Assembly (NCBI GenBank): GCA_965238275.1
Contig: OZ250186.1
Location: 1,056,001 to 1,120,000 of the forward strand
DNA length: 64,000 nt
Direction of reading: 5' to 3'
Origin: Nitrosopumilus sp.
GTDB lineage: Archaea > Thermoproteota > Nitrososphaeria > Nitrososphaerales > Nitrosopumilaceae
In this document: positions 50,408 to 58,511 of the stretch, one piece after another
Position numbering within the stretch: position 1 is the stretch's first letter
Layout: each line of letters starts with the position of its first letter
Notes under the pieces: generated by a model
Seen by the model: only the letters and a program-made list of their open reading frames with translations
Told to the model about the DNA's origin: nothing
Database searches by the model: none
Made by a program: the position numbers and the translations under genes

Positions 50408-53400
50408 ATGCCAAACCGCCAAACAAGCAAGTTCAGGAAGAGAAGCGGCACGGTAGTCGGGTTCGACCCCGACAAGATAAGGCGCGTCATACAGATGGCG
50501 CTGACTGCAGACGGAAAGGAAGACGAATCCCTGGCCACGTCGTTTACCGCGCAGGTAGTGGAGAGGCTGGAATCCGAAGGCCAGGAGATGCAGTCCTCCG
50601 AGCACGTCCAGGATCTCGTCGAACTGGTTTTGATAGACAACGGGTACAGCGGAACCGCCAAGTCGCTCATCATACATCGTTACGAAAACCGCAAGATCAA
50701 GGACGAGAAGAAGACTCTCCTGAACATACAGACGCTTGATCCCGTGTCCAAGAAATTCGGGCTGAACAGCCTGCGCGTGCTGGCCTCAAGATGCCTGATG
50801 AAAAACCCGAACGGCGACGTGATAGAGACGCCGGCGCAGTGCCTGGAACGGGTCGCAACCGGCGTGGGGCTGGCAGACATGCTGTATTCGCAAGACACGT
50901 TTGACGTGGACGGCGGACACGAACAGGATGTAACGGAGGCGCGGGCGTACCTGAAAAAACTCGACGCGTTTGACAACAAGTTTTACATCGGCAAATACTA
51001 TTTGAACAAGTACCATTTTCGCTCCCTGATCAACCACTACGTCAGGCTGTGCGACGGCGGCCACATGAAAGTCTCGTTCAAGGGGGTGCTGACCATGCTG
51101 GCGCAGAAGAAATTCGCCCACCTGGAGTCGACAATACAACGGTATTACGACGTCATGGAGGCGCAGGACTTCCTTCCAAACTCGCCTACGCTGATGAATG
51201 CCGGCGGCAAGCTGGGCCAGTTGTCAGCGTGCTTCGTGCTGGACGTCGGGGACAACCTTGGCGACATCATGGACACGGCCAGCCATACGGCAAAGATATT
51301 CCAGTCCGGCGGCGGAGTCGGGATCAACTACTCCAAGATAAGGCAGGAAGGCGAGATGGTGGCGTCCACGTTCGGCGTCGCGTCCGGCCCGGTTTCATTC
51401 ATGAACATAATCAATACGGTGACCGAGGTGGTAAAGCAAGGCGGGAAGCGGCGCGGTGCCAACATGGGCATCATGGAGGTCTGGCACCCGGACATCGAGA
51501 AGTTCATCACCAAAAAGACCGAACCTGGCGAATTGGAGAACTTTAACGTCAGCGTCGGCATCTGGGAGGATCTTTGGGAGGCGCTGAAGAACGGCGACGA
51601 ATACTACATGCTAAGGGACCCGCGGGACCAGCAAGTTGCCGGCAGGATCAACCTGCACCACCTCATGGACATCATATCGCATTCGGCATGGAAATCGGGC
51701 GAGCCCGGGCTGCTGTTCTTTGACCGCGTCAACCAGTACAACGTGTTTGCCAAAGCAAGGGGCGGTCCGCTAAGGACGACCAACCCGTGCGTGACGGGCG
51801 ATACGCTCGTGTCGACGCGTGACGGGCTGCAGCGAATCGAAAGCCTTTGGGAATCGCAGAAAGACATCGAGGTGGCAGTGGATGGCAGAATGGGCGGAAA
51901 GACGTTCAGGCGAGCGCCAAAAGTGATTGCAAGCGGCATCAAGGACGTCTGGCGGCTTGTAACGCGGGAAGGATATGAAGTCAGGCTGACGCGGGATCAC
52001 CGCGTCATGACGGACCGTGGATGGGTGGCGGCATCTGATCTCGACGGCGGTGACATGATACATATCATGAACCGCAAGGGCGGGTTTGGCGATGCCGGCT
52101 CGTACGAGATTGGAATGATTCTAGGGTGGCTGGTAGGGGATGGTACGTTGAAGACAGAAAGGGTGGTGTTGCCGTTCTTCGGGGAGAAAAAGGAACTGGC
52201 CCCGAAGTTTGCCCAGATGATGGAGATGGTGGTGCCTGCGGGCGTAGGCAAGAAAAAATACTATTCCATAAGCGTGTGTGAAATAAAGGGACGGGACGAG
52301 GTGCGCGTCAGCTCCGCGAGGTTTTTGAAGATTGCAGCGCAATACGGGCTCAGGTCTGGGCACAAGAATTTGGTGCCCGAGCAGGTGTTCCAGGGTACAG
52401 AAGGGATGCAGAAGGGATTTTTGAGGGCATTGTTCTCTGCAGACGGGCATATTAACAAGAGCGGCGGCATGACAGTGCGGCTTACTTCAATCTCGCACGG
52501 CATGTTGGTTGATGTCCAGCGCCTGCTCCTGAATTTTGGGATAGCCAGCAGGATATACAAGGACAGGCGTCAGGCAGGAACGCGCAACCTTCCAAATGGC
52601 AAGGGCGGGCTGTCGCAATACCATTGTAAGGCATGTCATGATTTGGCGATAAGCAAGGACAATGTATGCAGGTTTGCCACAGAGATAGGTTTTCTTACAA
52701 GGAAAAAACAGGACCGTCTTCTTGCCGACTTGGGTGCCTACACGAATGGGCCGAAAAAAGAGGGATTCGTGACTAGGTTTCAAGAACTTGTCCATGAGGG
52801 AGAGGAGCAGGTGTTTGACATTGTGGAACCAGAGACTCATTCATTTATTGGTAACTCATATGTTATGCACAATTGCGGTGAACAGAATTTATATCCATAT
52901 GAATCCTGTAACTTAGGATCTATCAACGTCTCCAACATGACAAAGGACGGCAAATTCGACTGGGAACGGTACGAGGCGCTGATAAGGATGTGCGCAAGAT
53001 TCCTGGACTGCATCATAGACGTCAACGAATACCCAATACCGGAGATTGAAACGGCGAGCATAGAGAGCCGCCGCACCGGCCTGGGCGTAATGGGTGTGGC
53101 TGACCTGCTGTTCAAGCTGGGAATCCCGTACAACTCCAAGCGCGGGTACGAACTGCAGGACAGGCTTGCAGAGGCCATTTCGTATTTTTCAATGGACGAG
53201 AGCGTCGAGATTGCAAAGGAGCGCGGGCCGTTCCCGCTGTGCTCAAAATCCGAATACCCAGACGGCAAGATCCCGATATCAGGGTACTATGAAAAGACCG
53301 GCCACAGGCACGACTGGAACGGGCTGATAGAACGGATCAAGGAACACGGCATACGCAACGTCCTCACGACCACCGTGGCTCCCACGGGCTCGCTTGGAAT

Positions 53401-54097
53401 GATTGCAGAATGCTCAAACGGCATGGAGCCGGTCTTTGCCATAGCGTACGAAAAACACGTCGCGGTGGGCCAATTCGTCTATACGAATGATTTCGTAAAA
53501 AAGACGCTGAAGTCAGAGGGGCGTTACACAAGCGAATTGGCGCAAAAGATAGCGGACAACGGCGGCTCGCTGCGCGGGATCGCCAAAATCCCGGCCAAGT
53601 ACCGCAACCTGTTCGTCACGGCCATGGACCTGCACTGGGCTGACCACATCATGGCGCAGGCGACGTGGCAAAACTGGATAGGAAACGCCATTTCCAAGAC
53701 GATAAACATGCCGCACGACGCCTCTCCGGATGACGTCAAATCCGCATACGTGCTTGCACATGAACTAGGCGTGAAAGGAATAACCGTGTACCGTGACGGC
53801 TCAAGGCACGCCCAGGTGATGCACAAGCCAGGCGACGAGTCATGTTCGGTTCCAACCATGGCACCAAGCAAGTACGTCGTGGAATACGCAAAAAGCAACA
53901 TCAAGACAAAATACGTGCAGGAGCAGCTTAACGGGTTTGCAGGCGCTGTTACCAGGAAGGTGCTAAAGGCGGACGTCCGCCCACCTGCTGCCAAGGAGGA
54001 ACGAGATCTCTGTCCCACATGCAACAGCTCGTTGACGTTTTCTGAAGGCTGCGGGATGTGCGTAGAGTGTGGGTATAGCGCGTGTTCGTCAGGATAA
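50408..54097 (+). CDS. nrdJ: Class II (adenosylcobalamin-dependent) ribonucleotide reductase with ATP cone and intein
   Basis: KRSG ATP cone, PNSPTLMNAG, LSACF, RRGANMG, TNP-[intein]-CGE, APTGS, KGITVYRDGSR, C-terminal CxxC motifs. Confidence 0.95.
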   Translation: MPNRQTSKFRKRSGTVVGFDPDKIRRVIQMALTADGKEDESLATSFTAQVVERLESEGQEMQSSEHVQDLVELVLIDNGYSGTAKSLIIHRYENRKIKDEKKTLLNIQTLDPVSKKFGLNSLRVLASRCLMKNPNGDVIETPAQCLERVATGVGLADMLYSQDTFDVDGGHEQDVTEARAYLKKLDAFDNKFYIGKYYLNKYHFRSLINHYVRLCDGGHMKVSFKGVLTMLAQKKFAHLESTIQRYYDVMEAQDFLPNSPTLMNAGGKLGQLSACFVLDVGDNLGDIMDTASHTAKIFQSGGGVGINYSKIRQEGEMVASTFGVASGPVSFMNIINTVTEVVKQGGKRRGANMGIMEVWHPDIEKFITKKTEPGELENFNVSVGIWEDLWEALKNGDEYYMLRDPRDQQVAGRINLHHLMDIISHSAWKSGEPGLLFFDRVNQYNVFAKARGGPLRTTNPCVTGDTLVSTRDGLQRIESLWESQKDIEVAVDGRMGGKTFRRAPKVIASGIKDVWRLVTREGYEVRLTRDHRVMTDRGWVAASDLDGGDMIHIMNRKGGFGDAGSYEIGMILGWLVGDGTLKTERVVLPFFGEKKELAPKFAQMMEMVVPAGVGKKKYYSISVCEIKGRDEVRVSSARFLKIAAQYGLRSGHKNLVPEQVFQGTEGMQKGFLRALFSADGHINKSGGMTVRLTSISHGMLVDVQRLLLNFGIASRIYKDRRQAGTRNLPNGKGGLSQYHCKACHDLAISKDNVCRFATEIGFLTRKKQDRLLADLGAYTNGPKKEGFVTRFQELVHEGEEQVFDIVEPETHSFIGNSYVMHNCGEQNLYPYESCNLGSINVSNMTKDGKFDWERYEALIRMCARFLDCIIDVNEYPIPEIETASIESRRTGLGVMGVADLLFKLGIPYNSKRGYELQDRLAEAISYFSMDESVEIAKERGPFPLCSKSEYPDGKIPISGYYEKTGHRHDWNGLIERIKEHGIRNVLTTTVAPTGSLGMIAECSNGMEPVFAIAYEKHVAVGQFVYTNDFVKKTLKSEGRYTSELAQKIADNGGSLRGIAKIPAKYRNLFVTAMDLHWADHIMAQATWQNWIGNAISKTINMPHDASPDDVKSAYVLAHELGVKGITVYRDGSRHAQVMHKPGDESCSVPTMAPSKYVVEYAKSNIKTKYVQEQLNGFAGAVTRKVLKADVRPPAAKEERDLCPTCNSSLTFSEGCGMCVECGYSACSSG
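51788..52873 (+). mobile_element. 362-aa intein with LAGLIDADG homing endonuclease
   Basis: Starts CVTGDT, LTRDHRV block B, LGWLVGDG and LRALFSADG, ends VMHN|C. Confidence 0.95.
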
Positions 54098-54340
54098 GGT
54101 ACTCTGACTTATCGCTGACTGTTGGCAGTCCGGCGGCTTTGGTAAATTCTAGTGATCGGATCACCAAAATTTAACAGTGCCGCCGGCATTGCAAGAACCC
54201 GCCGATACGCAGATTCCGCGTAAATGATTGCGGGTTTCACGCGGGCCATGAAGGTTGCCTGGCGTGCTCCTAGTCTGGACATTCCAATTGTCGTTTTCTG
54301 TCGTTTAAAACGTCAATGTTCATTGATGCGGGTTGACAAG

Positions 54341-54460
54341 TCATTGGCGTACATTGACTTCACGAAATTTTTCTTCGTAGACGGCAAGCCGTTTGTTAAT
54401 GCTTTCAAGATCGCGTACGTTGCTGATGTCCATGTATTCGCGCAATTCCTCTTTGGTCAT
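54341..54460 (-). CDS. 39-aa peptide coupled (TGATG) to the HEPN ORF
   Basis: MTKEELREYMDISNVRDLESINKRLAVYEEKFREVNVRQ (manual translation). Confidence 0.35.
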   Translation of the reverse strand: MTKEELREYMDISNVRDLESINKRLAVYEEKFREVNVRQ

Positions 54461-54870
54461 CAATGACGCGTCGCTTCCTTTGTTCTTGCAACGTCATATG
54501 CGCGGCGTGCCATTTCCAGTCCCAGCGCGGCGTCGTCTGCCGTGCGTTTCCCGTTGCCCAACAACGACGAGTGTTCTTTCTGCCACAGCGCTACATTTGA
54601 AACGTTTAGTTCCGAAATTACGGACTTGTCGGGCAACAGGTCGCACAAGTCGTCTAAGTAACGCGTGAACGGAAACTTGATTCTGTCGCGCAACAGCATG
54701 GATTTTACCGATGCGTCAATGGCCCTGGACGCCAGAAGACACGCGTAGTCAAGCCTTTTGTTTTCTATGGCCCTGCCAATGTCATTGATCGTAGTTTTTG
54801 CCACGTCCAACCAGTAGGGTGCGAATGCCGCGACATCGAAACCGTCCATGCTGTCGTAATCCAACACCAT
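54460..54870 (-). CDS. HEPN-like domain (C-terminal half of a split MNT-HEPN fusion)
   Basis: WL..A..., ACLLASRAIDASVKSML...FPFT..L..L pattern; no Rx4-6H motif seen. Confidence 0.7.
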   Translation of the reverse strand: MVLDYDSMDGFDVAAFAPYWLDVAKTTINDIGRAIENKRLDYACLLASRAIDASVKSMLLRDRIKFPFTRYLDDLCDLLPDKSVISELNVSNVALWQKEHSSLLGNGKRTADDAALGLEMARRAYDVARTKEATRH

Positions 54871-54960
54871 AGACGTAATCCGTAATTAGTCGTTAGGCAC
54901 AAAGTGGGAATAGATGCTAGGCACGAAATGACCCAAAACTGCCTATTACGGATTATGTCT
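54871..54960. mobile_element. 90-bp MITE
   Basis: 16-bp TIR; TSD CAT (54868-70, 54961-63). Confidence 0.95.
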
Positions 54961-55374
54961 CATGTCAAGGATCTTCAGACCTTCCGGTTTCACGTGCAAG
55001 AGTTTTCCTTCCCTGAACGCGTTGTATTCCGTCGTCCCGTACACGTTCACGCACCGTTTCATCGATTCGAGCGTTTCTGGTAACATTGTCGTTTTGATTA
55101 CTTCATTGCCGTCATCGTCAGTTATGGTCGGCCAAATACCGTCTTCCAATCGTTCCACCACATTCATAATGTCCAAATCACTGCGTTCTGTCGCGTCCCC
55201 CCTGGCCTGTGACCCGAACACAAGCACGGCCAGTGATTTTTCGGGAATCCCGCCGATGATTTCAGCCAATGCCGTCTTTGCCTTGCCGGTGCATTCCAGC
55301 TCGTTTACGTCATGCACGGCATGAAATGCCGTCTTTGCCGTAATGCCGCGTTGTCTTGTTTTTGCTCCCGCCAT
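54946..55374 (-). CDS. Minimal nucleotidyltransferase (MNT); RHNP* tail from the MITE
   Basis: VFGSQARGDATERSDLDI. Confidence 0.85.
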   Translation of the reverse strand: MAGAKTRQRGITAKTAFHAVHDVNELECTGKAKTALAEIIGGIPEKSLAVLVFGSQARGDATERSDLDIMNVVERLEDGIWPTITDDDGNEVIKTTMLPETLESMKRCVNVYGTTEYNAFREGKLLHVKPEGLKILDMRHNP

Positions 55375-55723
55375 GCCAAATATTGCAGTTTTTGTAAGTT
55401 ATAAGCATGGTTTATCGCGGCCTGGCGGACTCGGGGCAGAAAAGCGAACCGACGTTGACCGGCGAAACCATCGAGTCGCTTGTCCAGCATGCGTTTTAGG
55501 ACGTGCCGGTGGGGGCATGGTTCGTTGTCTTTTTTGAAAGGGGTTGGTTACAACAAACATGTCGTGCTTCAGGCATATCTTTGGAACAACCCGGGCAAGC
55601 CGAACTGCCGGTGAGGCGACAGCCACCCACCCCCGCATTCGCTGCATTGGTACAGAATGCCAGAATGCTTGCAGCCTGGCTCGTGTTTGAAACATTCCAT
55701 GCTTGGCACGCATGTCACGTAAT

Positions 55724-57320
55724 AGAAGATATGCGTAATCCGCCCATTTCGCCAACTCGGTCATAAAAAACCGGAAAAATACGGCCTAAAACTACTCGTG
55801 TCTGGCATGTGGCAAGTCCGTTCACCCCAAAATCCAAAATGACGTGCGCAGCCTTGCAGCACTTCATCGTGCCCTGAATTCTACTTGACCGGAGCTTGGG
55901 AGCAGGCCCTGTCCCAGTCTACTGACGTCTTCCACTGCCCCGGTGGTGGCGGGCCCTTTTCCATGCAGTCCCACAAAAGATTCAGGTTTACCAGCCCTGT
56001 GATCACGTTGAACTCCCTGTTGAACCCGGCTGCGTTGCCGTCGTACGGGTCGGTGAGGCGCGCGTAGCGCTTGAGCCTGCCTATCGTGTGCTCCACCAAC
56101 ACCCGGGTGGAGTTGATCCTGTGGTTGTGCTTTTTTTGCTCCGGCGTCAGCGGCGTGTCCCTGGTCTTCTTGTGCGGGATCTCCGGCGTGGTGCCGGGCA
56201 GGTGGTCTGCGATTCCCTGGTAGCCGCGGTCGACGAATGGGTGGCACCTGTCTGATTCTGGCAGGTCCGGATCGTGCATCGCCTTCTCCCACTTTCCAAA
56301 CGGCATGGGGCGTTCCTTGAGCAGCGTGATGTCGCCGACTGACCCGACGGTGCTTTTTGATATGCCGATCACCACCCCGTTCCGGTTGGTGTACACGTTG
56401 GTATTGTTGGTAAACTTTTTCTTCTTGCCGGAGTATTTCATGCGCCGGACTGACTTTACGGACGGGCGCTGTATGGGGCAGTGCGTGCCGTCTATGAAGA
56501 TCTCGCCCCCATCCGATCCGGGCACGATCTTCTTGAAATCTTCCCTGGTCGGGGCAGCAGCTACCTCCTCGGATATGTTGTCTGCCGTCGGAAGTATTCC
56601 TGCCAGCATCGCGTCCATCACAGGAAAGTACCGGGACACGGTGGACTGGTCTATCCCGAAGAACGCGGCAAGCGTTCCCTGCGTGATGTTTTCCTTTTTG
56701 TGCATCAGCGCCATGAGCAGCGCGTGCCTCAGGTGCAGCTTGCACCGGTTTCCGGGATCGGAGGCCCGGGATGCGTTATCGCAGAACAGCGGCATCTGGC
56801 CCGAATGCGTCAGAAACACCTTGGCCCGCTCCAGCATGTACCGGAACTGTTCCCCGTCTGCCAGCGTGGCATGGCGGAGCTTGTCCCCGTCGCGTATTAT
56901 GTCGTCTAGCACCTCTAGCAGATGCAGCGCGGGCCCCTTGCCGGGGTTCCAGCCATCGTCCCTGCTCTTCCACAGGCCGCGCTCAAGGCCCAGCTCCCTG
57001 TCTTTCTGCTCCAGCTTTTTGTCTTTCTGCTTTAGAATATTTTTTAGGCTTTTGTTTTCCTGCTCCAGCTTTTTGTCTTTCTGCTCCAGCTTTTTGTCTT
57101 TCTGCTTTAGAATATTTTTTAGGCTTTTGTTTTCCTGCTCCAGCTTTTTGTCTTTCTGCTCCAGCTTTTTGTCTTTCTGCTTTAGAATATTTTTTAGTCT
57201 TTTGTTTTCCTGCTGCAACTTGTATATGATCTGATCAGGCGAGTCTGGCATTTGATGTGAGACACGATCGTGCCTGATCTAAATTTATCGATGTGGACAG
57301 GGGGATTACGCATATTCTCT
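55724..57320 (-). mobile_element. IS5-family element (DDE_Tnp_4), copy 2
   Basis: TIR AGA(AG/GA)ATATGCGTAATCC; TSD AAT (55721-23, 57321-23). Confidence 0.9.
55881..57251 (-). CDS. Transposase with expanded N-terminal heptad repeats (456 aa)
   Basis: Near-identical to 14122-15438 but 18 aa longer in the repeat. Confidence 0.9.
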   Translation of the reverse strand: MPDSPDQIIYKLQQENKRLKNILKQKDKKLEQKDKKLEQENKSLKNILKQKDKKLEQKDKKLEQENKSLKNILKQKDKKLEQKDRELGLERGLWKSRDDGWNPGKGPALHLLEVLDDIIRDGDKLRHATLADGEQFRYMLERAKVFLTHSGQMPLFCDNASRASDPGNRCKLHLRHALLMALMHKKENITQGTLAAFFGIDQSTVSRYFPVMDAMLAGILPTADNISEEVAAAPTREDFKKIVPGSDGGEIFIDGTHCPIQRPSVKSVRRMKYSGKKKKFTNNTNVYTNRNGVVIGISKSTVGSVGDITLLKERPMPFGKWEKAMHDPDLPESDRCHPFVDRGYQGIADHLPGTTPEIPHKKTRDTPLTPEQKKHNHRINSTRVLVEHTIGRLKRYARLTDPYDGNAAGFNREFNVITGLVNLNLLWDCMEKGPPPPGQWKTSVDWDRACSQAPVK

Positions 57321-57365
57321 AATGGGCGGCACGTACAAAAAAAGAAAAAAGGTCGTACGCTGGCA

Positions 57366-57518
57366 TCAATAATCCATCCAACAGCCGCATTCGGAAGGAA
57401 ACGTGCGCCTTACCTTCAGGCCGCAGTCTTGGCATTCGTAAACGCTTATCTCGGTGCCGCAATCCGAACAAGGGGTTGTCGTGGACACTCGTTCGGTGCC
57501 ACAGTCACAATCTGTCAT
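57366..57518 (-). CDS. 50-aa Cys-rich protein followed by an oligo-T terminator
   Basis: MTDCDCGTERVSTTTPCSDCGTEISVYECQDCGLKVRRTFPSECGCWMDY; TTTTTTCTTTTTTT at 57337-57350. Confidence 0.55.
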   Translation of the reverse strand: MTDCDCGTERVSTTTPCSDCGTEISVYECQDCGLKVRRTFPSECGCWMDY

Positions 57519-57801
57519 TGCGCGGGGTGGAACGGTTTACGTAAAAGGGCATGCTGCATCTCTGGTAAATTCTAGTGATCGGATCACCAAAATTTAACAG
57601 TGCCAGTCCGGCAACACCGAGCATTTGATCTATCATTTGGTGGTCGCGCGTCGACGGTCTCTTCTTAGAAGCCCGAATAAGGTACGCCACACTCCTGCTT
57701 GACGACGGCCGCGCCTGCAGCCTTGTCCCATCCTTTCACCGTATTCGCTTTCGCCAAAAACAACAACTGACGGCAAACTTGTCTTTGCAGTGACTTTTTT
57801 T

Positions 57802-58386
57802 TCACTGCAAAGGCAATATTTGGGGCAAAACGCCGGATTTTGGGATATCTGCACGTGCAGCAGATTGGTTTGTGCCTGCGTCAATCTGGATCGCCTGCAG
57901 CCTCGCTTCTTGGGCCAATTCCGGAAATCTCCTGGCGATTTCGTTTAGTATGCGGTTCTTGATTATTGGATAGACATAGTGTCTGCCTGTCACGCCGTGC
58001 GTATATCCGAGCGCATCGTCATACGCGGTACATTCATGGCGCAGGTAATTGACCTTTTGCCTGTCGCTGCCACAGAGTTTCACGTATTCCGGGAAATCGT
58101 ACCTTAGATAAACCGATTCGGCCCACCGCGTGAGTCTGTGTATCTTGGTTCTCACGGCCTTTGCCGCCGCCTTCTTCCTTCTTGCATCAGGCACGTGTCT
58201 GGCAAACATTCCTGAATTTTCAGCCGCCTTGACCCGTTCGACTGCGTATAGTTTCATCTGCGGGCCGGATTTGTAGTGCGGGTTGTCAGCGTACTTGTCA
58301 GGCTCGCCAAGCAGCCTTTGTATCATTGCATTTGTCCAACCTCGCTTGCCTTTCAGGCCGGTTGGCGTGATGTATTGTTCTGCCAT
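57802..58386 (-). CDS. Conserved mobile-element-type hypothetical protein
   Basis: RGWT..MI..LLGEPD....NPHY...PQMKLY...RV and VNYLRHE.T.YD motifs. Confidence 0.7.
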   Translation of the reverse strand: MAEQYITPTGLKGKRGWTNAMIQRLLGEPDKYADNPHYKSGPQMKLYAVERVKAAENSGMFARHVPDARRKKAAAKAVRTKIHRLTRWAESVYLRYDFPEYVKLCGSDRQKVNYLRHECTAYDDALGYTHGVTGRHYVYPIIKNRILNEIARRFPELAQEARLQAIQIDAGTNQSAARADIPKSGVLPQILPLQ

Positions 58387-58511
58387 GCAGCAATGCAAAC
58401 CTCCACGTATAAGCCCGGCAATCATGCGTATGGCGGGCTCTTCAAATAAGGTGATTTGACGCATATTGGTTGGATGAATTTTGTCCAAGAGTCATAATTT
58501 TGAAGAGGCAT

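Larger units (their letters stand above)
54135..57604. mobile_element. Non-autonomous composite element bounded by two 47-bp palindromic units
   Basis: Units at 54135-54181 and 57558-57604; AGTCCGGC at 54127-34 and 57605-12. Confidence 0.75.

Noticed and set aside
41530-57604. 47-bp palindromes as integron attC sites for the 19221 integrase
   Set aside because: Not regularly one per gene, no GTTRRRY/RYYYAAC cores, and a TSD plus IS-like GGC ends indicate transposition.
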